From positions 1 through 48,330 of the forward strand of contig NMRA01000895.1 in assembly GCA_002633005.1 (NCBI GenBank): a stretch of 48,330 nucleotides of DNA, in the 5' to 3' direction. The notes under the pieces were generated by a model that was not told the origin of the DNA, did not search any database, and was given only the letters and a program-made list of their open reading frames with translations. Within the stretch, counting starts at the first letter, position 1, and each line of letters starts with the position of its first letter. Positions 1-13,030 of the stretch are shown in pieces. The stretch comes from Phoronis australis (taxonomy: Eukaryota; Animalia; Phoronida). The translations under genes were made by a program, and so were the position numbers.

Positions 1-594
1 TCGAATAAAAGTGTTTGCGTAAAGATCCGTTTCATGAAGTTTTTAACAAAAATGAAGCGGAAATAGTGCCTTTAATACTGGACGTTATTGCTTGACAGAG
101 GACTATTATCTGATTAGGATGAGCCCGGAATACTGAAACTCGGCAGAAACCAATGAAGGCGGTAGTTGGCGTGGCTTAATTCATTATTTTCTATGTTGAA
201 ATGAACGTACATGTATATGTTCACTGTAGGGAAATTCGTATTGTAATCAATCCATATGCGTTTGCTTTCATTCGAATTACTAAATTTCGTTCTGTTAACT
301 ATGATCCCTAAAACCAAAATTTGTTTGTCATGGTCTAAAAATGGTCAGACTGATGTCGTCTTCACATTGAAATAATGGAATGCCTTTTGTATGCTTTCTG
401 AATAGCTTATTCAGATGTAGGAGACAAAATTGTGATTTTCGTTATTTCCATTTATATGATTCCTTTTGACACTTTTGTACAATTTCAATCTTGTTGCGAC
501 GGTGGATCTTGGTGAAGCCGATTTAATATCAAATCGGCTCAAAATTTCCCAATGTGGTTTGACACAACATTTTCGAGTCTCTTTAAATGTTTAG

Positions 595-3500
595 GTGTCG
601 GTCGAAATAAGAGTACCCTGACCACTTTCAATGCGGATAACGATGGGGGCACCGGAGGCGATTACCATACCACATACTTCCCACAGCCGACCTTCTTCAG
701 TTCACGCAAATATTACTGTCACGTGGATCTCGAAAACTATTCCATATTGGATTTCCGAGCAGACGACATACACGAGATAGCGATGTGGGGTCAGCCGGAA
801 AGTATTAGCTTCAAAACAGGAAGTTCGTTGAAGAACGTGACCCAGGAGTTCAGCGCCTTTATTGGCAAGCAGCCAGATTTACCCGATTGGGCAATAGAGG
901 GCACAATGCTTGGTGTTCAAGGTGGCACAGCAAAGGTACTATTAATGTTCTTGAACATGCGCGGTCGCTGCCTAATCGTTGTATTGTGTTTTGCGATAGT
1001 AATATTGTAACTCCGCCGGCCGATAATTCGTTCATTAACCAGGAATTTGATATGACCGCTTCTCTCAAGACGGAAACTATCAAAGTTCAAACCTGAAATG
1101 TGTGACTTTTGCAGCATATAGGCGTGTTTCAACAGTAAATTGTTTACGAAGTGGTAGTTCAACCAATTTTTTCACTTTTATAAATATAACCGGTTGCATC
1201 TTTAACTGCCTTTTGATTCTTTCAATGCAATGGAGGTGCTTGTTGACAAGTCTGCGCAATTAGCCAGAAGTTTACTCACCTTGCATTTTATCTCAGTGAA
1301 AGCATATATCTTCTGAAAGTAGAAAACCAAAAGAATTTTTGATATTTTACCAGTCTGTCATTGATTTGTGTCATGTGACCATGCCTCAAGTTAAATCAAT
1401 TATGGAAAGAAGAACGGTGCATTGATAGCAAGCGAACGGTATGGATAACATCATCAACTTTTATTTGATATACATGTTCGAGATGAGATGTCAAAAACAG
1501 TGTTACGGTTTCTTAAAATATCTCATTGTTTTAGTTTTATGTGACTTCAGATTTTTCATGAAAATCCTAATGGCCCATCATGTAAAAGGGGAAAAGCTGA
1601 TAGCGTTTTGGAACACACTGCATACAGCATAGTATGCGGAAGCTACATACATGCATGAATCCGATAAGACATGTCTGAGATACGAGGCCTTTCCAAGTCA
1701 GTCAACATTGTTTTTTTCTTCTACGGCGCTGTAAATTAACCTTAAAACAAATTACGTCATAGTTTACGTTATCTCAACAATGAGCGTTAACGCCCTTCTA
1801 AATTTTACATTATATTAAGTGAGCTGTAGCAACTTATTTCATAGATGGAAAGAACTTGGCTTAATTTTAGATGTTAGAATACCTTGAACAAGCAGAGCGG
1901 CACAATATAATGGTGAAAGGACTGTGGATTCAAGACTGGGTCGGAAGAATTACGACATCTTTCGGACGCCGTCTCTTTTGGAATTGGAAGTGGAACCCAA
2001 AGCAGTATCCAGGTATACCCGGATGTCAGATTTGAATCAGCAAGTGTGGGTCTAAGTGTCTAATTAAGTTTAAGTCATCACAGTGGTAGATGTGGTATTT
2101 TATGGTATAGACTTTGATATTTTGACACCTGCTTTGGTATCAAATCTTGATAGCGTTCCGTAGAACAAATTTCTTGCAATAAAGTCAAGGACTACGCAAC
2201 ACCTCGCAAAATCACCTTAGTGAAACGCCTTTGCTTCCCCAGTGTAGCCTGGGACTATCTTATCAAAATTTCCGCCACCAGTGTGATTGATCGTTGAGGT
2301 CGGAATGTTGAGTTATGGGCATGCGCGCACCCAGCGTTCAAGATGGGGTTTCAAATTCCTAACGTTGTGGACCCTTTGGTAACAAAATAGTCGGCAAACT
2401 AAAAAAAAAAAAAAAAACGGNAAAAAAAAAACGGGCGCACCATTATGAATTGCGCATTTGTGCTTGTTTGGTGGACTTTTGTCTCATTTTCTCGGACTTT
2501 TTGTTTCTCCCAAGCGGACCTTTTTGCCCACTACGCCAAATGGGGGGCTCGAGCCCCCCCCCTCCCTGGGTGCACGCATGGTGTGTATCTAAAACCGTTC
2601 TGAGGTGGTGGTGTGTTATATCTATTGTTAAGATCTCTTGTCTATTTACACTGCCACGACGTTTCGGTCGGTCTGTTCTCCGGTCATCCTCAGGTGTTCC
2701 CGCGTTCTTAGAAGAACGAGCACGGCATTGACTTCCTAAACACGCGCCAGTCCATGGTTTCGTTCGCTATGATTTGTAAATTCAATTGAGTAGAATGAAA
2801 CAAACCAACGTGCTTTTCACATGTACATGTAAGTGGACAGGACAATAAGACCAGTGCAATACACTATTTTTCACGATGTTTCTACCCGAGATGTTCTGGA
2901 ACCAGCAACTGCTTACTGAAGATAGACTTAATTATATGTGAAATTTTATGTGAACTAATTTACATGTGGGTTACATCTGTTCTTATAGGTTTGGATGTCA
3001 TCATCAAACAATTGAAAGCCAGAGGTATACGCGTTTTGGGCTACATCAATCCCAACCTCAACCGAGAGGGGGAGCTGTTTAAGACGGCTGATCGACTGGG
3101 CTATTTTATAAAGAACTCTGAAGGGGAAACGTACATCACCGACTACGGAGAGTTTTACTGCGGGATTATCGACATGACAAATCCAGTGGCGTTTGAGTGG
3201 TACAAAGGTATCGAGCAATATGAGTAAAAAATAACTGCAGGCAGTCTAGTACAAGTGTACCAGACTCAAGTAGGCCCATTGCATTGAACACCTGAAACCA
3301 CTTAATGCTTTACTGATATGTATTAGCTGCACAGATGAGAAGCTGAGAGAACTGGTTCTTAAAAAACGAGACTTTCAAGATTCGACATTTGTTGTTCACC
3401 GCCCTGTTCTTTTCGCCATTACAAAGTCCGGCAGTCAGGAAATTGTAAACAACTCTGTTGGTCCTGTAGGAAGCGAAACGTTTGGCGTGGACCTATCCGT

Positions 3501-6412
3501 TGGTTGGAGCCATGTCTTCATAAACGTCAACAACATCAGGTCACAAGAGTCTGTACTTGCGCTTTATACTGTCGGAATCCCTCAAACGTTCATGAATATG
3601 TAACTTGATTATTTCCACATGCAACAACTCCGTGCATCGTTCATTCTTTCAACAGGTATAATCAAAACCAACATGATTGGTTTGGGGCTGGGCGGCTGGA
3701 TGGCGGACTTTGGCGAATATTTACCGGTAGACGGCGTGTTCTACAATGGAAAATCTGGCCAAGAAATGCACAACATGTGGCCCGCGTTGTGGGCTCGCTT
3801 AAACCGAGAGGCAGTTGAAGAAGCCGGCGCGGTTGGAGAGGTAGTCTTCTGGATGAGGGCAGGCTATTCGGGTAAAGGCAGATGAGCGTCAATTCCTTGT
3901 AGGATATTTCACTGAAAGCTTTATACATGTGGATTTACTAATGGCTTCCGGTTGCGCATGATATAATATTTTATTTCTGCTTAATTACTATCCGCTTCTT
4001 TTGTACGTTGTCAGGTTGCAAGTCGAGATAACGGTTTCCATAATAACTATGCGACTTACCAAAAGTATCAACTTGTTTTAGCTTTAAGCTGGAAAACACT
4101 TCTACCGATGTAGTGGTACATGTTTTATCTTCCCAGGTTTTTATAAAATGTATCCTACATTGGTTTACCCTGTGGAACACCATATTGGTTTTTGATATAC
4201 ACACGTTAGAATCTTTAGTTGTGATTGATTTTTTCGAACCACATAGCTTCCACTTGCTCATTTCGCTGTACATGTATTTCTGTTAGCCATAGCGACTTTA
4301 TTATAGCTCGACTGTTTACCCAGTGAAAATGGCTGTGGTTAAGTGTCGTCATTAACTTTGTCACGTTACCTTGCCACGGTCAGCGTTTCCCGTGACTCGT
4401 CATTCACACTTGAGGTAGTCTTCACGGTTATTCAGGACCTCATGGACAAGTCAGGCAAATATCTAAAAAACTATGAAATCTAATTTGGAACAGTTCTCAG
4501 TAGTTGTCTCAAAGCTAGCCAAAATCACATGCTCACATTCAAAATACACGGCAATATCTCGGGTAATCTCTTTAATATCTCGGGAATTTGGCAAATTTAC
4601 CAAAACAACAGCATCAATAACATGACTAAATTTCGTTTAATAGAAATCTCCATGAAACCTCAAAAACACTGCTCCAGTTTCCTGAACTATCACACGCTTT
4701 TCGTTTCATGCAATATATTTTCTGACAGTCCTATTTTTATATTTAACCGTTTCTGCAGAAATGGTTAATTCTAAATAACACGTTTTGGAGACGTTAGTGC
4801 ATAAAGCATATTGTTCGTATGAATCCAATAAGTCCCTTAGCCAAACTTGGACATTTTTTAGGATCTTACATAACGTTAATACGACCACCCTGCTCTGAAC
4901 AATGCAATTGCAGTAGATACCAGTTTCACAGGTAGAGATCCAATCCTTTCGTAGGGAATCGAGCTACCTGATGAAAATTTCACCCCGCATCTCGTACTAA
5001 GACTCAGAAGTATTACCCTCTTAGCCATTTTTAAATTCATTTTAGATAACTTAATAATTTTTTGATTAAAGTCTTTTTTCTAGGTTCATAACTAGATTGT
5101 GGGAAGTGAACCGGAACGAACAAAATGTATCTGGTTCTGGAAATTTCATCAAGACGCCTCGGTGTTGTTTTGAATGTATTGACCTTGCGCAATGACAACA
5201 GTTATTGATTTCATGATTGATTTCGTCTTCACATCAGGAACACAAAAGCATAGCCTTCTTGCCTGGGCCGGAGATCAAAACGTTGACTTCAGCTACGCAG
5301 ACGGCATTGCATCCACCATTCCAGCTGCGCTGTCGCTTGGAATTCTGGGAATGGGTTTGACTCATTTTGATATAGGCGGGTTCACCTCGCTGTATGGCGT
5401 CATCAGGACAAAAGAACTTTTGCTGAGAAGTGCCGAACACGCAGTCTTCACCCCCGTTATGAGAACTCACGAAGGTTTCAGTCATTTTATTTGATGTTCT
5501 GGAGTACTAATGTACCACATCGCGTCACTGTTGACTCTATTCAGTTTTATACGTTATGTGCATATTTATTGGTTTATAAATCAAAATAATTTTTCAGGAG
5601 CCACTACTGTTGAAAAAAATTGTTATACATGTACATACGACAATGTTCGCGATCAACAGTTTTCAACGTCTGTTTTATTATTTCCCTGTGAACAACCGTC
5701 AAAGTTCCAACGAATTTCGTTGAAAATTATTCATCGTGAACATTGCTGTGTCTTCAACTAACTTTGTCTGCTTTTATACATGTAAATGACGTAGGTACAT
5801 TTGATTTAATAAACAAATGGAGTATGTCGAAGATTTTTGAAACTCAATCTTGGTCTCCTTTAGAATTTACTATTAAATCACCACACTATGGTATAGTTAA
5901 TCATGAGAATGAACAGTGGAAGGTCTTATTGCAAAGCTCAGCATATTTTTGCACAAAACCCATTTTTGATGAAAGCTTTCGTTTCAGGTAATCGGCCGTC
6001 GGAAAATTTCCAGTACTACTCCACAAATTCTACGCTGGACGAATTTGGTCGACTTACCCGCCTGCATAATTTGTTGTTTAACTACACACGTGAAGCTGTC
6101 AGACAAAATTCTCAACTTGGCATACCAGTTCAGAGACCAATCTTTCTGCAATATCCGGAAACTGCGACTAATCTTGCAGTAAAGTACCAGTACATGTACG
6201 GCGACGACATACTGGTTGCTCCAATATTAGATGAAGGCGCCACCTCTTGGAACGTGTACCTACCAGAAGACGAATGGGTTTTTCTGTGGAACGAAACCGT
6301 GTCGAGCGGCCCTATAGACGTCACTGTTAACTCACCAATCGGTTTCCCGCCAGTGTTTTACAGAAAATCGACGAAATGGAGTTCCGTTTTTGAAGCAATG
6401 AGGTCACAATAA
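595..6412 (+). CDS. yihQ: Sulfoquinovosidase-like GH31 alpha-glycosidase (YihQ family), 5'-partial, 6 exons
   Basis: Exons 595-935, 1871-2012, 2989-3207, 3656-3871, 5238-5474 and 5988-6412 are all bounded by AG/GT with compatible phases (about 526 codons). Motifs: GVGRNK, LGVQGG, WIQDWVGRITTSFGRRLFWNWKW, YINP, WMADFGE (nucleophile), WAGDQNVD (acid/base), HFDIGGF, MRTHEGNRP, QYMYGDDILVAP. AATAAA at about 6650. Confidence 0.93.
2320..2580. mobile_element. MITE-like element in intron 2 of the GH31 gene
   Basis: 15-bp terminal inverted repeat CATGCGCGCACCCAG / CTGGGTGCACGCATG (1 mismatch), with internal poly-A and G/C runs. No clear TSD. Confidence 0.6.
2654..2698 (-). ncRNA. Degenerate minimal type I hammerhead ribozyme motif in a Penelope-like terminal repeat fragment
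   Basis: The minus strand reads CAC-CTGAGGA-TGACCGG-AGAACAGA-CCGACC-GAAA-CGTC-GTG. This has the CUGANGA and GAAA core boxes plus the short palindromic ACGT stem III typical of Penelope hammerheads. Stem II is imperfect. Confidence 0.5.
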
Positions 6413-6752
6413 ATGCAGTTATTGATTTTTGTTCATTAGAGGCTATTAACACTCAGAGATCCGGTTTTATGAAACTACTTTAGTCTTCGCCAAGACCGAA
6501 ATAACAATGCTGTCACTCCATCACCTGTCACATTAAGCTTGTTGAACAATGCTGATGATGTCATGACAACAATCAAACTTTGAGGCTTAACCTTTCCTGA
6601 AACGGAGCCCTGAAATTGGATCGCCCTTTGGTATCAAATGATAAAATGAAATAAAGGATATTTGTGAGACCTTATGCAGGTTGATTTCTGTCATTTTGTG
6701 CTAAATGTTTATCCAGTTTTACGCATCTGATTGTGAAGTGTGTTGCATGCCA

Positions 6753-6894
6753 CATGGGCGGCGCAGCAGTGAAAAATTGGGGAGGGGGGGGCTAAAGCCT
6801 CTTCAGCCACCCTGTGGTGCAACGGCTATAGACCATGTGCGGTGTGGCGCTAAAAAAGTGGGGCTATAGCCCCCCCCATGGTGTGCCGCCCATG
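6753..6894. mobile_element. GC-rich MITE (CATGGGCGGC family)
   Basis: TIR CATGGGCGGCGCA ... TGTGCCGCCCATG. An inverted, diverged homologue lies at 40397-40548. Confidence 0.65.
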
Positions 6895-6920
6895 TGCCTT
6901 TGCGTGTAACGTATCCTTTC

Positions 6921-7039
6921 CAGTGGCGGGTTTAGAGAGGGCCATGGCCCCCTATAATTCTCGCAGATGCCATTTCGCCGTTCGAATGTCTGACAGGCAA
7001 AATCTTGTCCCCCCAACTCAAAATCCTGGATCCGCCCCT
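6921..7039. mobile_element. MITE-like element (CAGTGGCGG family)
   Basis: Imperfect TIR CAGTGGCGGGTTTAG ... CTGGATCCGCCCCT. A related end occurs at 47255. Confidence 0.5.
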
Positions 7040-7674
7040 CCTTTCCTTGTTCGGTCTTTGCCTACATGTACATGTATATATCGTTGATGCGACATACATG
7101 TAAGCGCACCTTACGAACTACTTTTGTGTTTTCATTTTGCTGTGCCCTGAATGCCTATAGTAGCCTGGTTGATTGTCCGAATTTTCCATTGCATTTTGTA
7201 CCCTACTGAACTCAGCCAGTACTCCGTCGTGCACTAAGCAGTCTTGGCCACTTGCTTCAACAGTTATTGTCTGAAAACTTCAGGGAAAATGGGAACGCGG
7301 CGTATCACGGATTTTTGACGCTTAGGCTGTGATATCATTGGTAGGCATGAAAAACAGTCACGGCAGTTTTATTTCAAGGGGCGCTCCGCTTCATGGAAAA
7401 TGACTCCGCTATTAAATTCATACTATTTAGGTTCACATGTAGTGTTTGGGGCGTGGATTTCAACGCTGTCTTCTCCACAGAAACGCGGGAAAAATATAAT
7501 TTCACATTCACAACCGAAGTAGCCCTATCCGTTTTGAAATTGAGGTTGTGGAATATTCTCTGTCCCTCATGTGTACATTTTTTGTGGTCGACTCGCCATG
7601 TCAATTACGGTAAATGCAAACACCGTTTCTTGTCTCTCATACAGGGGATCGGACTCGCAAAACACGATCCATTC

Positions 7675-7836
7675 ACCTAAACTACACGGTCACACACTCG
7701 CATTAATGTAGAAACACGATACACGGACTGCCAAACATGGTTCGCTTCGTGAATGGTGTTTGCAGGTGCGTGACTCGTGTTTTTTCGTCCGACACCGTGT
7801 TCAACAGTCCGTAAAGTTAAACAGTGTAGTTTAGGT
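7675..7836. mobile_element. Short MITE-like element
   Basis: Perfect 13-bp inverted repeat ACCTAAACTACAC (7675-7687) / GTGTAGTTTAGGT (7824-7836). Confidence 0.5.
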
Positions 7837-8155
7837 ACCTTAGTATAGCTTTACACAGTGGGCATTAGTTTGTTAGAGATGGTTGCTCTACATGTACATC
7901 GTTTTGATTGCGTCTCGTTTGCAGTTACATTATGACAGTGTTTATAGCTAAGGGTGGAAGGGTGTTGTGCACTTGACAAGTGTGGTTTACAGTAGGGTAC
8001 TAGTCACATGAAAGCTACGCGCGCTTATTACGTGCTCATTCCTTCTTGTAGTGGTTGTCTTACTAAATAGGCGTGTTTTAAATGACTTGCATTTAGTTGT
8101 TATTTTAATAATTTGAAACTTGTTCTACTAACTCAACATGTGTATACAGTAGTTT

Positions 8156-11100
8156 TTGTCGGTGGGCCAGATTTTGTAGGGCCTCTAGAAAATGGTTTTT
8201 GTGAGTACTTTAGGGGGGCAATTTTATTTAGGTGTTTTTTAATTTATTTATTAGAGTGTTTTCAAAATCTAAAAAGTTCCCACATATAAAGTTGCACATT
8301 TTTGAGAAATTTGAGTTTGAAGTTACCTAATAATCACCAAAGAACTTAGTAAAGTTATATTTGTAAAAACAACAGTTTTGGTGACTTTTTTGTAAAACAA
8401 GTAATACGGTCCCATCAGTGCCAATGTATTGAACAATATTACACTCACATTACATGTTTTACTATTGTAAATTAATTGTAAACAGTGAAATTTAAAAAAC
8501 GTAAAGAGACACCTAGTGGCAAAAATGCAAACTAAGTCTGAATGTTACCAGGAAGTTATTCTGGCATTGTCAGGCAACAAAAATAACACAAAAGACTTGA
8601 GACTGGGCAAAATTTGTGCCTCAATGACTAAAACATTGACTAATGGTGTAAAATACAGCTTGTTTGCATAATACACCAGAAATACGTTATAGTACAAAAA
8701 CAATATAGTTGAATGATCTCTGTGAATGTGCACAAAGACTGTTTGAAAATAATAGATTATTCTGACAGTGTTTATCAAGCAGTATGAGACAAATACATGA
8801 CAATGATCAAAGGATGTACTTTCTATGAGTTAATCAACAAATAAAATTAACTTTTTAATACAAAAAAGGAAATAATGGGGTTGGAGGTCTATTTAGGGTT
8901 GACTTGTCAAAGAACTATCCAATGTTAAGCAGTCAGTGTTGCTGATGTTACTACAGTTGTCACAGCTGCACATTTCTGTACAGTTTTACCCAGCATTGCA
9001 GCACAAACTCAGTTTCCCAGCACACATGTTCTTTTTGCACTTGCAGCGTTCATCGTTTAGTAAGGTCAATGGAGATGCGGTCATTGCCATACATTTTAAC
9101 TGCAAAGCTCCACCGCCAAGGAGCCAACTATCGTCGATTAGAGAGGGTACAGCACTGCACAGTGGTGTTTGGCCCGCAGGCAATGAAGGGTCAAACACTA
9201 AGTTCTTGTTTGGAGGCGGGCAGGATTTGGGCAAACGTTTGATTCAAAATATGTTATAATGGGCTGTGTTAATTAGAGTCAGCAAGTGAATTATTGAACA
9301 CTAGCCTCAATTTACTTTCGTATCTCTTAGTCGGGCACAAACTACAACAGTGAGTAGCTTCAACAATATTCCTTAAGATTGCTTGTCCAAATAACTTCAT
9401 GCACACCAGCTTTTTGAAGAAAAGCTTCAAAGTCTTGCTTTAGGTTTGAAAGGCAAATGACATATCCTTGTGTTAGAAGCTTTGATTCAATGAACTCCAA
9501 ACAAAACTGTAGAAAATCATCTCTGAAAACGGTGGATTCGTCACCCTCTTCACAATCGTTGTCTTTCTATTTTTTTATAGCATGATGATCTGTGGTACTT
9601 GGCTTCTAAGACACAAGGTCTTTATCTTTGAATTTCATTTGCATATTCAGGGCTCTGGACTGAGCTGTTACTTGCGATACAAGTCCAACTGAAAAAACCC
9701 GAACTGTTAACACTACTTTAACATTCAACTATGAGTGAGTTGGCATGCAACTTTTTCAGAGGGACTTGTCAGGAACTGATCCACTACCAGCCTAACAAAT
9801 TTACATGCCGTCTGATCTGTAGCCTAAAAATGTTATCTCGTCTAATAATTAGATTAGTTGATGCAACTGAAAATAAATCAGCTGATATACAAGTGCAGTG
9901 ATTGAAATCAGATGCTCAAACCATAGTCAATCGATTTACACTTAAGGTAATCGACGTTTGACGAAATGGACAGTGGCTTCCATCGTCCTCAAATTTCGAT
10001 GGCGACGATGGCCACTTAGGTACTTTAATTTAATTATCATTGCAGCTACCTAAGTAATTAATGTTTACAAAAAATTGAGAAGAGGTTCCCCCTATCCTAG
10101 GAATACGGCAGGAGATGACGGCCACTTGGGCATATTGTTTGCAACCATCTACTCCATTTAACCTTTTCAAAAATTTTTGACTTAGAGTGCTTTAAAATCA
10201 CACCCACAGTATAACGCCATAGGATTATCCCTTAACGCAAGCAGTGTCGATGTGGCAACTGAATGGAGTGTTCGAAAAACAGGATTGCAGGAGTATTTGT
10301 TTAAACTGGGAACAAATGAAAACATTAACGACCTCCTCAGAGGCATCTCTCTACGCGATACTTCTAAACTTATAGGAACATAATTTGCCGAAAAGTATCC
10401 GGCATATGAAGTACCTATGGTATGATCATCGTCTCTACTGGGTCATCAGTATTGTCTAAGGCCTAGGCAGCCAAGGGGCTGAACAAGTTAAAAAACAACT
10501 GTTTTTTTTTGTTGATTAAATACTGAATCACACATGGAAAACACCACAAAATGTATTTTTAAAAAACACGTACCTGTTTTTGAAAGCTATATTTCTTTCT
10601 CTTTCTTGAAATGTGGCCCATAATGTATTTTTCCTGCTAACAAATGATGCACTCATATTTCAGAATGTTAATATCTTGTTCAGGTTAATTGGGTGTTTCA
10701 GATTTTGGAAGTATAATCGATTTTCTTGGGAAATCTTGGATAACATCTGTATCAGTTTCAGCAGCTTCAGCTTCACTGTTGGTGCCTTGAAACGTTACTA
10801 TGCCGTTCTATGTCCTTTCAATTTTGACACTTGGTCTTCTAGTCTACAGCACTCAGCACTATACTGTGTAGGCTACCAGGACATGCAGCTGTTTTCTGCA
10901 CAAACGTTTGTGACACCTCTTCTTCTTTTTGATCTACTTATCTACAGAGTTCCACAGTCAATCAGCTTTCGTCAGGAAACTTTCCTAAGCTTCTTTAGGC
11001 TCTGACATCACAATTTTGTGCTGTTTGATAAACCTTGAATGGTACAGGCATCACACTCCATGTGAGCAGCCATATTGAAGTAACTAAGCACAACAATACC

Positions 11101-11331
11101 ATCTGGCTCTCTGATTGGTCAATTCACTAGAAAAGCGCCATCAAGTGGCAGGAATGTGCATCATATTTTGTGCAACAAAAACACCTTTTTTAAAAAAATG
11201 TGCAAGTGTAGACGTGGAACTTTTTGGAATTTGATTGTATAGGTATATTATCTAGCCACATAGAGAAAACTAGGTTGCCCCCCCCAAAGTACTCACAAGG
11301 ATGAACGCTATGAGATCTGGCCCACCGACTA
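8156..11331 (-). mobile_element. Non-autonomous, decayed Academ-type DNA transposon
   Basis: TIR TTGTCGGTGGGCCAGAT ... ATCTGGCCCACCGACTA, plus a subterminal inverted block TTGTGAGTACTTT..GGGGGGCAA / TTGCCCCCCCCAAAGTACTCACAA. TTT lies on both flanks (3-bp TSD). A minus-strand C-terminal Cys-rich remnant RCKCKKNMC..LCCNAG*NCTEMCSCDNCSN sits at 8940-9050. Confidence 0.75.
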
Positions 11332-12745
11332 TTTCTAAACAAACCGAACAACGTTGACATTAGACGACGTTTCGGCGCGCGCAACCGCCATTATGTATCC
11401 ATATTTTCAACTAGAATATGTTTCAAATCTGGCCAAATGTCGACAAATTCTCGACAGGTTTTGTGTCATTCCCGTTGTCGAAATCGCGACAAAGTATAGT
11501 GCAAGTCCGCTGGATAAGTAAAAAATTAGAGGCAATGTTTTATGACGTCACATTAAACACTGACAAAGGTTTCAAAAAAAAAAACGTGACTTCATTGCAC
11601 CAACCTGCCAAACATGTTGGCAAGATGTTTATCCGTCAGAGTGCTGGGGAATTCTGTTTATTTTATTATGAAAACTACCGTATTTGTGGAGCTTTGTATA
11701 GAAATAAGACTGAACTTTTTGGTTGACGTAAAAAACAAAGATTAGCTTTCCTTCAAATTCCCTGTATGATTTCCAAAGCCGCCAGGGAACCAGCCCCTGG
11801 TTTACTATACGCGCGGCAAACAATAACATATTACTTTGAAACCCTTCATCTGACCAAAATGAGTTGTTGATACTCCCCAATGTCACCAAAGGTCATTTCT
11901 TTGTGACCTAGCAGCGATCCACAACTCTCAGTAAGTATCATGTGTTCCATACCATGTAGAACCGTGATGGCTGCAGTTAAATGACGATCAACGATAAATT
12001 AAAACTGTGTCGAACCCCCTTAAATCCGTGCTCCTTGACAACAGGGAAAATGACCAATTTTATAACAGCATGTTTCTCTCATCAGAACTTGTTTTTGACA
12101 AAAAGCAAGGTATAAGTCTTTTGTCGAAATAGCTATATTTTCATTCACCTAAGTGTCAGGCACCCTGGTCAAGATGACACATTTCCAAATAAAGATAATA
12201 CATCTAATCTAAATAACATAATCGGCCATCTGACGATAGCTTGACTGGTCGTGTTTTAAAGTTTACTCAAAGAGACGCACATGTGCACATGAAACTACAT
12301 AGACATTCCGAAATTTTACAAGTCATGAAAAGAATCCTACGTTAAGACCCTAACCGGTCGAGATTGGGCAAATCAACGGGATAAGGTTGACAAATATTCA
12401 GACATCAATCAAAGACAACTAAATGTGGAAGAGTGGATAAAGTAATTCGTCATTTTGTTCATTTTGTACCGAGAAGAATCCACTTTGAAGATATAATCAA
12501 TTCCGGTATATCGGTTGAAATCGAAAATATTTCCACGGCCATAGCGTACTTCGTGGGTCTCCGACATGACCTGAGCAAATAGGCCTGACATTCCAAACGG
12601 ACAATGAAAACAACGTGTTTTCTTACCTCCGGGACAAAGAGAGTATCGCTGGACAGTATTATGAATGAACTAACGGCTAATTTCTAAGACCCTGGTGATG
12701 AATACAATAAAGAGTGATTAGCTGTAAACGAATTACGGCGATAAT

Positions 12746-13030
12746 TCATACTATAAGCATCTTGACATCTTTATCATTCACTCTTTCTCTTCTGGCAGCA
12801 TTATACTTCGCACATTTCCTTGCGCTGTACAACAATACAATAATCATTTTGAGTAAACACAAGCCTACAATGATCACCACCATTCCTGTGTTTCGCCTAT
12901 CGTCTCGCGACTGTTTACACGCTTCAATTTCATCCAAAATCAAAATAATGATTATCGAACTCGTCAATATCACGTACACTGGAATAGAGAAGGCTTTCTC
13001 CAACCTTTGGAATGAAGTCTTTTTACCCAT
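12746..13030 (-). CDS. Putative small protein with two hydrophobic (TM) segments, 94 aa
   Basis: The ATG at 13030 is preceded by a strong acceptor (pyrimidine tract + CAG, exon start 13077). Hydrophobic runs FSIPVYVILTSSIIIILIL and GMVVIIVGLCLLKMIIVLLY are followed by a basic tail. A GAG|GTAAG donor lies downstream at about 12627. No recognised family. Confidence 0.35.
   Translation of the reverse strand: MGKKTSFQRLEKAFSIPVYVILTSSIIIILILDEIEACKQSRDDRRNTGMVVIIVGLCLLKMIIVLLYSARKCAKYNAARRERVNDKDVKMLIV

Noticed and set aside
11364-11382. CGAAACGTCG on the minus strand, hammerhead-like
   Set aside because: No upstream CUGANGA box.
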